Source: the human T2T-CHM13v2.0 reference genome, Homo sapiens | Assembly (NCBI RefSeq): GCF_009914755.1 | Contig: NC_060929.1 | DNA length: 64,000 nucleotides | Reading direction: 5' to 3' (one strand) | Part shown: positions 1-15,929 of the stretch, in pieces | Position numbering within the stretch: position 1 is the first letter of the stretch | Layout: every line of letters begins with the position of its first letter | Made by a program: the position numbers and the translations under genes | The notes under the pieces: model-generated | What the model saw: only the letters and a program-made list of their open reading frames with translations | The model's database searches: none | Told to the model about the DNA's origin: nothing

Positions 1-1438
1 ACTCTAACAGCAAACTATCTGAAAAAGAAATGAAGAAAACTATCCCATTTATAATACAAGTATCTACAAAAAATACTCAGGAATAAATTTAACTAAGGAG
101 ATGAAAGATCTCTACACTAAAAGTTATAAAATATTGATGAAGGAAATTGAAGAGGACACAAATAACTGTAAGGATATCCCATGTTGATAGACTTGGGGAA
201 TTAAGTTGTTAAAATGTCCATACTACCCAAAGAGATCAACGTAATCCCTATAAAAATACCAATGACATTCTTCACAGAAATAAAAAAAAATTATGAAACC
301 ACAAAAATTCTGAATAGCCAAAGAAATCTTGAACAAAAAGTGTAGAGGTAGAGGTATCATACTACCAGACTTCAAAATATACTACAAAGGTATGGTAACC
401 AAAACAGCATGCTACTGACATAAAAACAAACATATTGACCAGTGAAATGGAATAGAAGGCCCCCAAGTAAATCCACACATATACAGACAATGATTTCCAA
501 CAAAGATACCAAGAACAAACAATAGGGAAAGGGCAATCTCTTCAAGAAATGGTGCTGGGAAAAGTAGATATTCACATGCAGAAGAATCACATTAGATCTG
601 CATCTCATACCATATAAAAAAATCAAATCAGAGTGGATTAAAGACTTAAACATAAGACCTCAAACTATGAAACTACTAGAAGAAAATAGAGTTGAAAAAG
701 CTCCATGACATTGGTCTGTGCAATGATTTTTTTAGACATGACCCCAAAAGCATCAGCAACAAAAGTGAAAATAGACAAATGGGATTACATGAAATTAAAA
801 AGTTTCTATGTGGCAAAGGAAACAAACAACAGATTGAAGAGACAACCTACATAATGGGAGAAAATATTAGCAAACTATGTATCTGATAAGGGGTTACTAT
901 CCAAAATAAAGAAATAATTCAAACAACCGAATAACAAGAAAACAAATCACCCAATTAAAAAATGCAGAAGCTGGATACAGTGGCATGTGCCTGTAGTCCC
1001 AGCTACTGGGGATGCTGAGGCAGGAGGATTGCTTGAGCCCAGGAGTTTGAGGCCAGCCTGGACAACACAGTGAGACCCTGTTTCTAAATAAATAATAAAT
1101 TTTAAAAAATAAGTGGGCAAAGTACCCCAATAGACATTTCTCAAAACAAGACATACAAATGACCAACAGGTATATGAAAAATGCTCACTATCATTTATCA
1201 TCAGGGAAATGCAAATTAAAATCACAGTGAGATATCATCACCTCACGTCTGTTAGAGTGGCTACTATAAAAATGAGAAAAGATAACTAGTGTTGATGAGG
1301 ATGTGGAGAAAAAGGAACTCTCACACACTGTTGGTGGGAAGATAAATTAGTACAGCCATTATGGAAAACAGTATGGAGGTTTCTCAAATTAAACATAGAA
1401 CTACCATAAGATCCAGCAATCCCACTACTGGGTATATA
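1..1438 (+). mobile_element. LINE-1 (old L1MA-like), degenerate 3' part of ORF2
   Basis: A-rich L1 ORF2 hallmarks (ggaataaatttaactaaggagatgaaagatctctac; aaatggtgctgggaaaa; gatccagcaatcccactactgggtatat). No intact frame. Confidence 0.9.
969..1110 (+). mobile_element. Alu monomer (FLAM-like) inserted in L1
   Basis: gcctgtagtcccagctact...gaggcaggaggattgcttgagcccaggagtttgaggccagcctgg followed by an A-rich tail. L1 resumes at gtgggcaaag. Confidence 0.85.
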
Positions 1439-1439
1439 T

Positions 1440-1442
<3 letters not shown>

Positions 1443-1498
<56 letters not shown>

Positions 1499-1504
1499 GT
1501 GTGT
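1443..1504. repeat. (CA)n microsatellite followed by short (TG)n
   Basis: About 25 CA units read directly. Confidence 0.97.
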
Positions 1505-1540
1505 ATGCATCCATTATATATTCCATTATATATATATATA

Positions 1541-2018
1541 ATGGAATGCCTAAACTAATCTAACTCACATATGCATTACCTAACATAGTTTTTTTTCTTT
1601 TTTGGTGAGAACCCTACATCCACTCTCTTAGCATTTTTCAAGAATACAATATACTGTTAACAATAGTCACCCTGCTGTACAATAGATCTCTTCAACATAT
1701 TCCTCCTATCTAAATGAAATTTTGTATCCATTAACCAGCATCTCCCCAACACCCACTCCAACCACCCCGACCCCTGATAACCACATTCTACTCTCTACTT
1801 TTATAAGATTAACATTTTTAGTTTTCACATATAACTGAGGTCATGTGGTATTTGTCTTTCTATGCCTGGCTTAATACATACATTTAATGTCTCTAGGTTC
1901 ATCCATGTTGTCACAAATGATAGAGCTTCCTTCTTTTGTATGGCTGAGTAGTATTCCATTGTGTTTATATGCTACATTTTTCTTCATCCGTTCATTCAAT
2001 GATGGACATTTAAGTTGT
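1541..2018 (-). mobile_element. L1MA-like 3' region, inverted relative to flanking L1 pieces
   Basis: Reverse complement reads caacttaaatgtccatcattgaatgaacggatgaagaaaaatgt...atggaatactactcagcc...agatctattgtacagc...taggcattccat, typical of an L1M 3' UTR. Confidence 0.85.
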
Positions 2019-2019
2019 A

Positions 2020-2210
2020 TTTAAGTATATATATATATATATATATATTTAAGTATATATATATATATATTTAAGTATATATATACTTCAAGATATATAT
2101 AATATTTTATATATTATATATACTTATTTTATATATACTTCAAAATATATATTTTGAAGTATATATATAAAATAAGTATATATAAAAAATATATTTAAGT
2201 ATATATATAT
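2020..2210. repeat. AT-rich low-complexity (TA)n tract containing a palindrome
   Basis: Repeated aagtatatatat/atatatactt units. Confidence 0.9.
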
Positions 2211-2280
2211 ACTTCAAAACAGTATGTTGTACACAGTAAATACATACAGTTTTTTCCATTAATTAAAATTTTTTTAAATA
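2200..2280 (+). mobile_element. L1MA-like extreme 3' terminus
   Basis: atatacttcaaaacagtatgttgtacacagtaaatacatacagttttt resembles the terminal L1MA motif ttcaaaacatcatgttgtacac..aaatatatacaattt. Confidence 0.7.
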
Positions 2281-2404
2281 ATTGATATAGTAAAAATATA
2301 GCAACAAGGAAACACATCATAATCAGGTACTCTGTCTAATTATGATTACCTCTTCCTAAGAGAACTGTTTCAACGCAATTATGAGAAAGTACCTAGCAAC
2401 ATCT

Positions 2405-2550
2405 TAGAACAGTCTTCCCAAAACTGTCTGATCCCCAAAGCAAAGGTTCTGACCTAAATTATAATCTCCAAGGGATGGAGCTGGGAATCTGTATTTTTAA
2501 CAAGGAATCCTAAAATTCTTGTGATTAGGGAAGTCTAGAAAATACTACAT
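2405..2550. mobile_element. MER5-like hAT-Charlie fragment
   Basis: gggatggagctgggaatctgtatttttaacaag resembles the MER5 core. Confidence 0.45.
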
Positions 2551-2724
2551 CTGGTGAATTTATCTCTGGAAGGTGTAATATGGGGAGTGTAAAGAGTGGA
2601 ATGGGGGGAATTGGGGTGGGATGAAGGTGGGAGGAATTAGGTACCTAGAAAAAATAAAAGGGAATGTTGAGAATTTCTCACTTAGAAATTCTGGCATTGT
2701 CACTGATTTAGCATTTCCAGGTCC

Positions 2725-2762
2725 GTGTGTGTCTGTGTGTTTGTGTGTGTGTGTGTGTGTGT
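2725..2762. repeat. (TG)n microsatellite
   Basis: Read directly. Confidence 0.9.
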
Positions 2763-4639
2763 AAAGCAGGGGGTGGAGCCGCTACCAGTCTGTGGATACT
2801 ATATTTGCAATTCATTCCGTGTAACTAGTATGTAGGATGTGCGCACTGTGTTTAGGACCTCTTAATATGGAAGTGGCTTCCCCATCCCTGCTCAGCTACT
2901 TTGGTATGATGAACTAGGCAAAACAGCTCTCTTTGCCTACTCTGCATTTGAAAATATTACTCTATCTGGAATTCAAATGCCTACCATGTCTGGGCATGAA
3001 AGGCAGAGTGAAACTGATTGGTTTAGGAAGATAGGGAAGATCTCCAAGTTTATTTTCAGTTAAAAAAAAAAAGAGAGAGAGAAAAAGCAGGATGTATAAT
3101 ATATTTTACCTTTGTAAAAAGGGGAGAAATAAGACTATCAATGCATTTTTTTTTTGGAATTTTCCTAAAGAGACAATAGAAGAATACACAAGAAACTAAT
3201 ATAAGAGATGACCTTGAGAGAGGTGGGAGTGAGACTATTTACTGTACAGTAAACACTTTTTTAAAAAAGATTTTGAACTAAATGAATTTATTCCCTTTTT
3301 AAGAAAATAAAAACAAAATATAACAATATGCAGGCCACACCAGATAAGACTATGGACTGAATTTGGCCCATAAACTGCCATTTGAGACCTCTATATTATA
3401 CATATCCCTGTACTTAAACCAGTGAAGTCTGAATCATTGTTAATTCATTCAGTAAACATTTACTGAGTACCTCCTGAGGTCCAATCTACATGTTTAGGTG
3501 CCAGGGCACTATCACTGCCCTGAAGGAGTCTCTGTCTCTAGACTCTCTAGTGGCCTTGCTTGGTGAATATTTAAAAACGTATTATTTTTATTGCTTAGGA
3601 AACTTTAATTGATAACTGTTTTCAAGCTGAATCTCTAGTGAATAGGTAAGACTTGGTTGCAGATTAGCAATACCTGTTTGTATATACACAATTAATATTT
3701 AAGACCATACAAATATTTTGATCTTAACTATTTTGAAATAAGCCCTTCTTAGTCTTGTTTGCCCTGTTAATTTGTTAGGCCAATACTTATGTTCATTATC
3801 CCAAGATAAACTTAAACCCAAGCCAAGTCAAATAATTGCAAATTCTAGACAAAACAAATATGTATTAATGAAATTTAAATGTATTTGTAAATAAAATGTC
3901 TGAGAGCAAACTGTTCTCAATGATAGGGAGGAAATATGAATAAAGAGAGGAGAGTCAGGAATAAAATGGAAATCTGATCTACCTTCCCTTGTGGAAAAAA
4001 TAGATGTGACCTAGCCTCTTTGAATCTGGTAATCTAGTCTTGACACTAATAATCTTATCTCTTCTGGAGCCATATTTTGGCTTCTTTCCCCACAATCCCC
4101 ACCACATTAACTCCCGGAAATGTACAGTGCATGTAGAAAAGCAATGACTTCTTCCCTGTGGTAGAATGGAGACCTGTGTTCCCCAATCCCATGTAAAGGT
4201 GCCAATAGAAGTTTAGATTGGCTCAGATGTAGAAATACATTTCCTACCATGACGCTGGGAAACATTTCAGGTTTCTGTGTTCTTAAAGACTCTGCTGCCT
4301 GAAAATTCTGTTCAAAAGTCTACTTTGCTATGACTAATTGTTAGGCAAGCAGCAGAGTTACTCAAGACAAATATTACTGGTATTGAACTGACATTAATAT
4401 CTTTAGAAAGCCTAACTATCTGTGTGGGGCAACATTTTTAATCAGAATGTCACCTGAAGGCCTCCAGAAGTTAAATAACTTTATTATGTGAGAAGAAAAA
4501 GATTCATTAACATTTTGCCATGTATGTGTGGATAAATGATTCTTTCTGGGCAATGAAACAAGAATGCCAACACTATATATGTTTAATAAAACTTGTGCTA
4601 GGTTGGCAGTTAATATTATATCTAGTAGATTTTTGCATC

Positions 4640-5123
4640 TGTTTCAGTTGTCTTCTGTGACATCACAAAAACCCCAACATTTAGTGGCTTAAAACAATTC
4701 ACTGCTGTTGCTCATGGCTCTGTAGGTTGACCAGGCTCAACTCAGCTTGGAGTTCTTGTTTGGGAACTCTCATATGGTGGTGGTTTGATGGTGGCTGGGG
4801 CTAGAGTAATCTGAAGGCTTGCCTGGGGTGGATATCTAAGATGGCTTCCTGATGCACATCTTTGGCTCATCTTCTGGAATGACTGGAAGAGCCAGAGGTT
4901 GGTATCTTTCTCTGTCCACATGGCCTTTTCACATGACTATCTTCAGATTCATCGCAATGTTACAGTGTAACTGTGGAGTAGTTAGAGTTTTTATGAGAGC
5001 AGTTTCCTCCAGAGTGAGAATTCAAGAGACCTTGGCAGAAGCTGCAAGACTTTCTATGACCTAGCTTTGAAGGTCATGCATCCTCAGTTTTGTTGCATTC
5101 TATTTGTCAAAAAGCTAGTCATA
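4640..5123 (-). mobile_element. MLT1-family MaLR LTR, left part (interrupted)
   Basis: ttagtggcttaaaacaa, aagatggcttc and gcagaagctgcaagactttctatgacctagc motifs. Continues at ~8711. Confidence 0.75.
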
Positions 5124-5337
5124 CATAGGAGCCAACTGAAAGAGCTCCCAATGGCCAAAGCTGGAACAATTTCAGCAACAAAAAAATAAAGTAGTGTTAG
5201 ATTATAGCCCAAAGTATGGGCTAGGAATCTTTGCACAAATGATCAAATAAATGAATAAATAAATGGATGAGAATAGACAAACATCCCTTGAAGAATTTAA
5301 ATGTTTTATGTAGATATTGCATCCTCATGGAGGGGAA
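5124..5337 (+). mobile_element. Old L1 (L1MC/MD-like) 3' fragment, left part
   Basis: aactgaaagagctcccaatggccaaagctggaacaatt motif. Continues at 8106. Confidence 0.7.
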
Positions 5338-5356
5338 GCATAAATACCCATTCCTT

Positions 5357-8710
<3,354 letters not shown>

Positions 8711-8789
8711 AAAAGATAGTCATAGGGCCAGCCCAGATTTGAGGGCAGGTTGTGAATAGTAGGAGGCATGGTTCTCTGGGGGACGATCT

Positions 8790-9345
8790 ACAATAGTACC
8801 CATTTTACTGATTTTCTTCTGAGAATCTACCTTTCTACCCCTCCTCCCAGTTGATATGGCTGGAGCCTCACCCTTTAGTTCCAGAGGTAGAGCCAGTGAC
8901 TCCTCTCTCTCACCGCAATGGGGGATTTGCCTCTCCTTTGCCACACGATAGTTTCAGAGGTGAGCAGGGACTTAAGACAGGGAAATCAAAGTAATTTTCG
9001 GTCTGCTGGAAAAGTCCTTCTGGCCTTGAACTTGAGTATACAAGAGGTGGGAGCTGCTTCCTCTTATTTTACCATCAGGAGGGAGGAACTTGGAGGTGCC
9101 AGGGCCCACTAAATAGAGTCTGAGAAAGAAGCCAACAAAATCAGGTAACTGGGTGGGATACAGCCAAAAGTTAGAAAAAAGCTGTGGGACATTATAGAGC
9201 CCAGAATCCAGCCCTGTTTGGAAGAGCTCTACCTCTAGAGATTTCCTAGTTATGCAAGCCAATAGTCTTTTTGAGGGTCTTAAGTCAGTTTGATTTGACA
9301 TTTTTTTCTTGGTCTCTTGCAATGGAAAAAGTTCCCAAATGATAG
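8790..9345 (+). mobile_element. Old MLT1 (J/K-like) LTR
   Basis: cctagttatgcaagccaata...ttaagtcagtttga...tcttgcaa matches the usual 3' end pattern. Confidence 0.55.
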
Positions 9346-9649
9346 AACAAAACAATGTATTGTCCTCCAGTTTATTTCTGTGTTAAAGATGATCAGAATA
9401 TCAATTGATTTTCAGATTGCTACCCTATTTATTCCCATATAATTCACTGTTTATCTAAGAATAAACTTGCAAGGAGTAAATTGGTTGATAAGAGCTCTTA
9501 AATGGTTACATAGCAAATGGAAAGTACTCAGTAAGTGTTCGATATGATTAATTATTATTTCAGCTTACTTTAAAAAGTTAAATCTTTTTAGTGGAGCCTC
9601 CCATTTAGCCTTAAATATGCCAATGATTATCATAGTAAAAAGTTAGAGT

Positions 9650-9885
9650 AGCTGTATGACAAAGTGGCTAAGAGTATGAGTTCTGTAATCTAATAGGTGT
9701 GGATTAAAATTCCAGCTCTGCTTCTCACTTGCGAATCCTAGAGTAAGTTACTTAATCTCTCTGAGCCTCAGTTTCATATTCTTAAAAAATAAAATAAAAA
9801 TACCTCCCAGAAGTATAATTAAATAATGCTTGCAGAGGTTCAAGCTCAGTGCCTAATGCAGAATAGGTATTTCATCACATGTAAT
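9650..9885 (+). mobile_element. MIR SINE
   Basis: Core aagttacttaatctctctgagcctcagtttc. Confidence 0.85.
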
Positions 9886-10419
9886 TATATTATTTTATAC
9901 TGTGTGAAGATGAAATACTGAAATATTAGTCTAGAAAAGACTGGTCAAATAAACCAGAAGCCCATGGAAGTGACAATGCTGAGTATATTGTATCAATGTA
10001 TGTATTGCCTACCCCAAAATTAAAATGAAAAAAAGTCTTAAAATTTATAAAATTTGTTTATTATAGAAGATATGACTAATAGTATATCTGAAAATTTTGG
10101 CTTACCATACTTTTTCTAAAATACAAGATTAAAAACACTAACTCAAAATGTATCATGATATCCTTTACTTGGCAGATCATGTGTTCAAAATCAACTATGT
10201 TCTTCTGAAATTGTGAATAAAAAGATTGCAGAATGCCGACCAGTAAGTTGAATAAGACGTCCATTTGTTCGATGGTCTCAGTGTCATAAAATTAACCTCA
10301 TAGTCAATAAGGGACATCAAATTGAAATTATTTAAAACAAAATAGAGGGACTGAAAAATGGTCTGTTTAATACAAAATGCCTTTTAACAAACAAGTTAAT
10401 GCAAGTGGTTTCGTTATTA

Positions 10420-10905
10420 TAATGGGACCCTTTTGGTTGCAAATAAGAAAATCCAACTAAAACTATTTTCTTATCTAACAAATCTTGAGGTAGGGTGGTT
10501 CCTGGCTTAGTGGTATCATGAGGAACTCAAAGTTTCTTCATCTTTTATCTAACTGCCTCCCTGGTCACAAGTTGGCTGCAGTAATTCCTGTTATCATAGT
10601 CTCCCATTAACATCTAGAGGTAAGAAAAGAGGATCTCTTTCTTGTGTTTCTGTAGAAGAATGAAGAAACCTTTTTCAGAAGCAACTTCCCCACTGTCCCA
10701 TTCTGTATAGACTTCCCTTCAAGTTTCACTGGCCAGAACAGGGTCATAAAGGAAATAAAAGTATCCTGATTGGTTTAGATGACTGAAGAGTCACCTTTAG
10801 GGGCTGAGGCTGGAACACTTGACTATGTGGCTGAAATGCAGGTAATTCTGTCAGAATGGGAGAAGAGAAGAATCAATGCAGGGAAGGCAAACAAAAGCCC
10901 TGCTT
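10420..10905 (-). mobile_element. Old MLT1 LTR
   Basis: cttttggttgcaaataagaaaatccaact, gtcacaagttggctgcag and cactggccagaacagggtcat motifs. Confidence 0.5.
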
Positions 10906-11168
10906 CACTGACAAGCACCTTTCAAAAAAATTCAGAAAAAGAATTCAATGATGAAAGCATACTATCAAATGCCATGCAATAGTTGGAAGGAATAAATGTA
11001 TAGCAACATATATAGATCTTAGAAACACAATATTCAGTGAAAACAGTGGGAAATAACAAAACCTAATACAATATTTATGTTGCTTAGAAAAACACATATA
11101 TTGGTACTTTCCCATGCTGCTGTTAGGAGTGAAAACTGGTGCAAGCACTTGGGAAAATCGTTCAGCAG

Positions 11169-11538
11169 TGCTATGGTTTGAATGTTTGTGTCCCATTCTC
11201 TTCCTTAATTCATGTGTTGAAACCTAACCCCCAAGGTGATGGTATTAGAAGGTTGTGACTTTGGAAGGTGATTAGGTCATAAGAGTGAAGCCCTCATGAA
11301 TGGAATTAATGTTCTTATAAGAGGGACCCCGGAACTTTAAAAGGTTAAAACTTGCCCCTTCCACCATATAAAGACACAGCTAGAAGATCTATAAAAAACA
11401 GTCCTTCATCAGATACCAAATCTGCCAGTGTCTTGATTTTGGACTTTCTAGCCTCCAGTACTATGAGAAATAAATTTCTGTTTATAAACTATCCATGTAA
11501 TGGTGTTTTTGTTATAGAAGCCTGAACAGACTAAGATA
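11169..11538 (+). mobile_element. MLT1A0-like solo LTR with 5-bp TSD, inside an old L1ME
   Basis: tgctatggtttgaatgtttgtgtcc...cagactaagata; TSD agcag at 11164-11168 and 11539-11543. Confidence 0.9.
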
Positions 11539-11543
11539 AGCAG

Positions 11544-12440
<897 letters not shown>

Positions 12441-12469
12441 TTCTTTGAAAAAACCATGCACTTGCAAAA

Positions 12470-13200
12470 TAGCATTCACTTAATAAATATTCAGTGCTAT
12501 TGCTAGGTACTGTCCAGTCACTGGTGATACAAAGTAAACTTTGTTCTTGACTTCATGGAGCTTATTTCTAATAATAAAATAAATGTAATAATAATGACAA
12601 TAGATAATACTTAAATTTTGTGGATTGTGTGCCAGGTAAAATTGCAACCCTATGAGGCAGATACTATTATCATCCCTATTTTAGAGTTGAGAATTACCTG
12701 CTGAAGGTCACATAGTAAATAGCAGAGTGAAAATTCAAGCCTAGTAGGTCTAACTTTAGGGTTTTTAGGATTTAACCATGATGTCCTATTGCCTCTTATT
12801 TTAGTAAGAGGAGATAGACAAAAAAAATATAGGTACAAAAAAGTTTCTCTGGTGAGGCAATAACTGCAACTGTGAAAAATAAATCACAGTATGGAGACAG
12901 AAAGTGACAAGGGGGTATGTTACTTTTTAAAATAAGACAGGGAAGTTTCCTCCCCGATTTTTAACATAAAGAGACATTTAAACAAATACATGGAGTGGGC
13001 CATGTGGATAACTGAGCAATGCATATTTCAGGCAGAAAAAAACAGAGCAAGTACAAAGTCCCTGAGGTACGTTTAGTAAGTTCAGGAAGTGGCTAGGAGG
13101 CCAGCGTGGCTGGAGTAGAATGAGATAGGGGAGAAGGGGAGGAGATGAAGTAAGAGGGTTATCTAGTGCCAGATCATGGACAGCGTTGCAGGCCGTTGTA
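12470..13200 (-). mobile_element. L2 fragment containing a MIR (~12590-12790)
   Basis: L2 motifs cttcatggagctta, caaagtccctgagg, gaggccagcgtggctggag; MIR motif ctatgaggcagatactattatcatccctatttt. Confidence 0.7.
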
Positions 13201-13674
13201 TTTTATAAGGATATACACACATCCAATAATATATATAATAAACATATTAGAGTGAGTAGGGAGAAGAATGGGTGACAGGATCTTGAATAAAAGAAAGAAA
13301 TAGAACAAGGGAGAGATCTAGCACCAACCTATTAGGCTGGAGTGCCATGAATTGAGTATTACTAACTCAACTCTGCACCTAAGTTGTGGGATAGGGGTGA
13401 GTACAATTCTGACTTAGTCTTTAATTAAAGTGCACTCCACATTCCATCTTCACTCCACCATAAGTTATCCAAAAATGTAACATAATTACATCAAATCTTC
13501 ACTCCATGGAGGAAAGACATGCCCTAAGTGTGTTAAGACTTCCCCATTTCTGATAATTCATTCCCATATGGGCAGCAGTGTCTACAATGGATGGCACTGG
13601 CTCTGGCCTGCAATGTGGCAAGAAACTTCTTTACTTATTCACAAAATATTTTACAAAAGAGTAATAAGACATGG

Positions 13675-14029
13675 TGTATTAGTTCATTTTCACAGTGCTG
13701 ATAAAGACATACCTGAGACTGAGAAGAAAAAGAGGTTTAATTGGACTTACAGTTCCACATGGCTGGGGAGGCCTCAGAATCATGGTGGGAGGTGAAAGGC
13801 ACTTCTTACGTGGCAGCAGCAAGAGAAAAATGAGGAAGAAGCAAAAGTGGAAACCCCTGATAAAACCATCAGATCTCGTGAAACTTATTCATTATCACGA
13901 GAATAGCACAGGAAAGACCAGCCCCCATGATTCAATTACCTCCCCCTGGGTCCCTCCCACAACATGTGGGAATTCTGGGAGATATAATTCAAGTTGAGAT
14001 TTGGGTAGGGACACAGCCAAACCATATCA
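13675..14029 (-). mobile_element. THE1 (THE1C-like) MaLR solo LTR
   Basis: tgtattagttcattttcac...gctgataaagacatacctgagactg...gggacacagccaaaccatatca. Confidence 0.93.
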
Positions 14030-14607
14030 CATCATTCCTAAAGAACCACATTAGCATAAGACTTTTAAAAAATATATAGCCTAATAGTTTTACTTTTACC
14101 TGGGAATGTCAGACATATCGACAAACTGCATGTGTTGATGCTTAAAACATAGCAAGTTCTTCAAAACAAATATCTTGCAAGCTCACAGATAAGCCTCAAG
14201 AATCATCATTTCTTATTCATATTTAAAAATTAAATAGGTTTTCATCCGTGGCAGGGGTACGTCTATATACTTCATTGGTAGTAAGAGAGATTTTGCTTTA
14301 GGTTAGAAAAGTTTTTATTTTTTCGGGTGAATTATGGCAAATTCTACTGCCCTCTGTTCTTTATTTTTGAAGTGTTTGTTTTTAAACAAAGTTTCTATAA
14401 GAACTCAAATGAAATAATATTTAAAAACATTGTATCCTGGAAGCCCAATAGTTGTACTTCAGACTCTAACAAAGACTTTCAAAGAAAAAAGAAGAGTAGA
14501 AAAAGAATTGTCTTCTGTAATTTGCCTCTCATATGAGTTTCTAGGTTTCAGGGCTACATTAAAATAGAATTGTAAAATAGGTGGGCACTTTGAATACCAA
14601 TTTATAA

Positions 14608-15480
14608 TGCATTCATTCATCTATTAACTGTTTGTTGAGTGTCTACCGAATGTCAAACACTGTGCTAAGTACCTGGGATATATTGATGAGGGAAAACAGA
14701 CACAGTCTCTGTCTTCATAGTGCTGCAAGCTAATAGGGCAGGGTAGTGGACATCAGTAAAATAATCACATAAGCATGTGTAAAACTGCAAGTGTGACAAG
14801 CACTGTGGAGAAGAGGCGCATGATGCAATGAGGGAAGCCTGCTCTGGAGACATGATGATTAAAGTCTAATTTGAAGGAAGAAGGTAGTAAAGAACTTGCT
14901 TAAGGAGGAAAGGGAGAAGGCATGAAAAAGAGGGAACAACATGTGCAAAGCCAAGTGATTATAGGGAATATAGAACTGAAGGGAGGTCAAGGTGGCTGGA
15001 ATTCTCAGTTAGAGAAAGCAGGAGTGTAGATGAAGGTCATACTCTTTCACTTGTTTCATCAATATTTGTTGAGCACCTATTATGCACTTAATATTGTTCT
15101 AAGTGCTTGGAATATTTAAGTGCTCAGTTTGTTATAAAAGTGAAGACACTGAAGAGTTTTAACCAGGCCAGGATGGGGGTGGAGTGGTGATAGGATCATA
15201 TGATCATATTTGTGTTTTGCAAATATAACTAGCTCCAATATGGAGAATGGCTGAGAAAAGGCCAGAGTAAATTCTCTGGATGAGTTAGAGGCTACTACAG
15301 TAATTCAGCTAAGAGACAATGATAGCTTTGATGAGAAGAGTGATGCCAGAGATGACCAGAGTAGGTGGCTTCAAGAGATAATTTCAGATGCAAAATAGGA
15401 CATTATGATAGACTGAGGGGGCAGAAAGGGAAATGTTAAGGATTCGTTTTCATTTTCTAACTTGCACAGCTGAATAGATT
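14608..15480 (-). mobile_element. L2 fragments
   Basis: cattcattca...ttgttgagtgtctac; acatgtgcaaag; gagttagaggctactacagtaattcag. Confidence 0.7.
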
Positions 15481-15929
15481 TACATAAAATAATGGCAATA
15501 ATAATAATAATCAACATTACCAGTAGCTTCCACCTAATTTTGGGGTGGTGAGGGGCTGTGGGTAGGAATTACTGAGATGTAGTCTTCAGTCAGAGTAGAC
15601 TGAACTCACCATAAATGACCTAAAATGATTGCCTCAAATCTCTTCCTGATTTTTTTTTTCTTAGACAGAGTGGACATGTCCCAAATATGTCAGAACTTCC
15701 CCATTTCTGATACTCCAGGTGAACAGCGAAGGCTTTCATGCATGGCTTTGGCCATGCAATATTGCCAAGAGTCTTTTTTCCCCTTTAGACAAAGCTCCTT
15801 CTGAAAAGAGCAATAAGACGTAGTTCCCAAAGAGTAAATTAGGTATCCAATGGAAGGGGTGAAGCAATGGCTGGAGAAGAATATACACCACACTCTCAGC
15901 CAGGAGCCATGTAGGATCAAAGTCTGCAG

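Noticed and set aside
2603-2635. G-run cluster as a G-quadruplex
   Set aside because: Marginal spacing, and common by chance in purine-rich tracts.
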